Shown in pieces: positions 60,278-64,000 of a stretch of DNA of 64,000 nt. Source of the stretch: Chiloscyllium plagiosum (Eukaryota). The notes below the pieces were generated by a model, which saw only the letters and a program-made list of their open reading frames with translations, had not been told where the DNA came from and did no database searches. The translations under genes were made by a program, and so were the position numbers. Position 1 is the first letter of the stretch, and each line of letters begins with the position of its first letter. The stretch lies in the NCBI RefSeq assembly GCF_004010195.1, contig NC_057725.1, positions 44,678,349-44,742,348 of the forward strand, given 5' to 3'.

Positions 60278-60930
60278 ACAAAATAGGAACACTAGCAGAC
60301 AGTTTTGCCCCTCAAACATGCTTCGCCATTCAATACGATCATGGTTGATCTGGTTGTGTTTCAAATTTCACATTTGTATCTACCCTGTTACCATTTTATT
60401 TCCTCCCAAACAAGAATCTGTCTGCTTTTGTCTTAAAAATATTCAATGATCCCATCTCCTCCCCGGTCATTGAGTTCCAAAGCAGGACAACTACCTGAAA
60501 GAAAAAAATTCTCCTCATCTCTGTCCTGAAAAGACAACCCTGAATTTGAAAAACAATGCCCCGAGTACTGGACTCAACCATAAGAGGATCTATCCTTTCC
60601 ATATGCAACTTGTCAAGACCATTCAGCATCTGGAACAGTTCAATCAGGTGCTCCTTCACTCTTCTAAATTCCAGTGGAAACAAGGTCAGACTGTCCAATC
60701 TTTCCTCAGATGACAACTGACTTATTCCAGGAATCAATCTAGTAAACCATCTCTGAACTGCCTCCAGTGCATTATTATCCTTCCTTAAATAATCAGAACA
60801 AAACCTCACACAGCATTCGAGATGTGATCTGTCCAATGTCCTTTATAACTGAAGCACTTCGTCCCAACTGTAAATTCAATTTCTCTCCTAATAAAGGGTA
60901 GCATCCCATCACTCTGCTTGATTACATGCT
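60278..60930 (-). mobile_element. CR1 LINE 3' fragment
   Basis: ORF 60396..60836(-): RSHLECCVRFCS…LEAVQRWFTRLIPG…FRTEMRRIFF. Confidence 0.82.
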
Positions 60931-61799
60931 GTTTGAGATGTCTCCCTTCTGTGCCCTCTTCCCCTGCAAGGACAAAAAGAGAGGACAAAACATTGTACTG
61001 GTAGCATTGATATTGGCAGCTGAATTGTTGATTTTCAAGATTATTAGCAAGAACAGGCTCATTTATTACAATGGCCTCCTGCTTTTCAAAAGGAGATTGG
61101 CATTTCTCAGTTTATGCTACCATCAGTTTTTTTTTCTGTAGGACTGTCAGTGGTAGAGTTATTGTGCTGAAGTTTGGAACAAACCTTCAATGGAACCTAT
61201 ACAATACACAATCTTATGATTTCCTTTTTTGTAGTGGGAATGAGGAAGTGTGTCATTGTTTTTACCTTTGAAACACTGGGCCTATAATTGTCTTCAGCTC
61301 ACGATGTGTCCTAGATAGGTCACTTGGGTTTTAGCAAACTCTCAGTTTGAGAGATTGATTACTGCAGCATCTGACTCCACTTTCAGGAAGAGGTCTTCCA
61401 TTGCTCTAAGTGTATTTCCCAGATGTTGCTGTGCATGAAGAGGTTGTCAAGACACTCTCTGCAATCAGATATGCCTGTCATTATCTGGTTCATCAGCCTT
61501 TGGCAGGTGATTAGGCATTTCAAAGTGCAAATGACAGGATTCAACAATGGTATAATCTGGAGAGAGTTACAGAGAGAGACATTTCATTCATTTGGGCACT
61601 CAAGGGAATCAGTACTCCTTGAGTACATTTATTTTGGTAATGTAGACTGCTTTACCTACCCTATGTATGCAATCTTACATCCTGATTATCGGGTAGTAGT
61701 CAAATCTGGTTATAATATTTATTTTGCTATAGTCAATGCAGAGCCTTGTGGAGCTGTCCAGCTCAGACATAAGCTCAACTGAGGAGCTGCTGTTATTGC

Positions 61800-63178
61800 A
61801 GTATATGATGGGGCGAAGATTAGTGAGAAGCCAGAGGATTGGAAAGCCTTTAAACACCAGAAGACAGTCAACAATACAATAAGGGGGAGAAGATGAAATA
61901 TGAGGGCGTGAACTAGCAATATTTAAAAACAGAGTTCAAGAGCTTTTTTTAAATTTATAAAAGGTAATGGTGAGGCAAGAATGGACATTGGACTATTGGA
62001 AAATCAGGTTGAGGAAGTAGTAATGGGGACCAAAGAAATGGCAGAGGAACTGAATAGTTACTTTGCATCAATTTTCATGGTGGAAGACCCCATAGCATAC
62101 CAGAACCTCAAGAGAGTCAGGGAGCAGAGGTGAGCGTAGTGGCCATCACTAAGGAGAAGGTGCTGGGGAAGCCAAAAGGCCTGTGGGTGGATAAGTCACC
62201 CAGATCAGATGGACAGTGCCCCCAGAGTTCTAAAGGAGAAGCTGAGATTATTTCATTGGGGGTGGTCTTTCAGGAATTGCTAGAGTTAGAGAGGGTTGCA
62301 AAAGACTTGAAAAAGGCTAATGTAACACCCCTGTTTAAGAAAGGACGGAGGCAGAAAATTGGAAACTAGAGGCTGGTTAGCCTGATTTCAGTCATTACTA
62401 ACATTTTAGAGTCCATTATTAAGGATGAGATTGTGGAGTACTTGGAAGTGCATGGTAACATAGGGCTGAGTCAGCATGGCTTTGTTAAGGTTGTGGGGGG
62501 GGGGGGGGGGGTGGGGGGGTGGGGGTGGTGTGTGGTGGCGATCATACCTGACAAATCTTTGAGGAGGTAATCAGCAAATTAGACAAAGGGGAGATGGTGG
62601 ATATGATCCTTTTGGATTTCCAGAACGCTTTTGACAAGGTACCGCACAGGAGGCTAAATAGGAGTTAGGTAGAGTTCTGGTCACTATATTACTGGAAGAA
62701 CATAACTATTTCGATATGGAATAAAGAGGAGAATTACAAAAATGTTGTCAGGGCTTGAAAATTACGGTTATGAGGAAGAAAGAGAAAGGCTAGGATTGTT
62801 TTCCCTAAAACATTACAGGATGAGTGGTAACTTAATCAGGTGTACAAAGTAATGCAGAGCTCAGATACAGTGGATAGGGATGACCTGTTTTCTCCAGCAG
62901 AAAGTACAACTACCAGGTGCACAGATGAAGGCAATGGGTAGAATGATTAGAGGGGACATGGGGAAAAACATTTTACCCCAGAGAGTGGTGGGTGTCTAAA
63001 ATCTGCTGCCCAGTTTTTCAGAAGGAGCCTGGATCTACAACTTAAATACTGTGACCTGCAAGGCTGCAGATTAGGTGCAGAAAATTGGGATTAGAATGGA
63101 TAACCAGTTTATTCAGCAGGCACAGACATGATGAGCTGAATGGCCTTTATCTACACTATGACTTTTCTATGGTTCTAT
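61800..63178 (+). mobile_element. CR1 LINE fragments (degraded ORF2 and 3' end)
   Basis: ANVTPLFKKGRRQKIGN, LDFQNAFDKVPHRRL, FTQRVVGV; tail ttctatggttctat. Confidence 0.82.
62494..62530 (+). repeat. Poly-G/G-rich microsatellite inside CR1
   Basis: A long G run followed by tgggggggtgggggtggtg. Confidence 0.8.
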
Positions 63179-64000
63179 CCGTCCAACAATTAGACTAGAC
63201 ACGTTGGAGATATAGATGTAAACTATACAATGTGCTGGCTGGCCAAATTTATTATTTAAAACATTTTTAATATCTAATGTCTGAAGTATCTTTAAATACA
63301 GGAATTCTTTTGTAGTGACACTCAATCTCATTTGTCTGGGTAAAATTTGTGTTTCAAACATGACTTCTTTTGTGCTTAAACCTTTTCCTGTTCGGAATGT
63401 TATTCAGTCAATATCGACATTGTCATGTAATCATTCGAGTTAGAAGTTGAAGCATGCTGAATTGCAGTCGTCATGGAGATTCCAATGTCATTGTTGAAAG
63501 GCGATACAACAGGGTGCAGTAAAATTGTTTGAGTGCAGCATTTTCCACTGAAAGTGTGCCTCTGTCTTCACATACACTGTGCAGGGGACTTTGTTAATCC
63601 GTGGAGCAAGGCTGGGGCGTAATTTGTGGTGCAGCTGTCTACTGATGGAACACAGGCAAATTGTCCTGTAGGAGGTCAGCTGCAGCAACAAATGTCCATA
63701 ACAAATGAAGAAACAAGATGTTTAAACCACAGCCTTCAGCCCCACACAATATGGGACATGTGAGACTGGAAGTGGGTATATTGTCTAAATGAAATTATTT
63801 GACTGGAGGCTTAGAGCCAAGTGGAAGCATCACGTCAGCGGTGTTGGAGGAATGTTCCTGAGCTAAGTAGGGCTCACAGTAGGGTTGATTCATCTCTTTA
63901 AGTTCAATGTGGTTTTGGCATCTGATTATTCACACTCGAGTGAGATAATCACAAATCATATCCTAACCAGTTTATAGTAGCTCAGAGAATTGACAAAGAA

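Noticed and set aside
62494-62530. G-quadruplex-capable G tract
   Set aside because: Lies inside a dead CR1 at a short G run; most simply a homopolymer expansion.
41200-64000. Host-gene exons (e.g. MYOD1) after OTOG
   Set aside because: No bHLH or other recognisable coding sequence found; short ORFs are repeat-derived or compositionally random.

Overview
Vertebrate nuclear DNA, AT-rich and repeat-dense. The repeat complement (HE1/V-SINE-type SINEs with (AATCT)n tails, CR1 LINEs, a DeuSINE, several Penelope-like element (PLE) families) points to a cartilaginous fish, probably a carpet/bamboo shark. The first 40 kb hold the 3' part of the otogelin gene (OTOG, + strand). I read 18 coding exons (3570-40108) that splice in consistent phase into 771 aa: the end of the last VWD domain, C8, TIL, Cys-rich/VWC-like repeats and the C-terminal cystine knot ending [11 protein letters not shown]. 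One intron has a GC donor. The rest of the window (41.2-64 kb) has no recognisable host gene. Four N gaps all fall inside young retroelements. The most striking non-genic pattern is a series of PLE-derived fold-back (hairpin) insertions from at least three families, about 150 bp to 4 kb long. They carry minimal hammerhead-ribozyme cores, one arm is about 30-38 nt longer than the other, and most have 14-17 bp target-site duplications (TSDs). One PLE insertion also captured a 224-bp inverted copy of nearby genomic DNA at its 5' junction. Hammerheads and inverted pLTRs with a tail are known for PLEs; the junction details are my own reading. All alignments were done by eye, and boundaries of degraded repeats are approximate.
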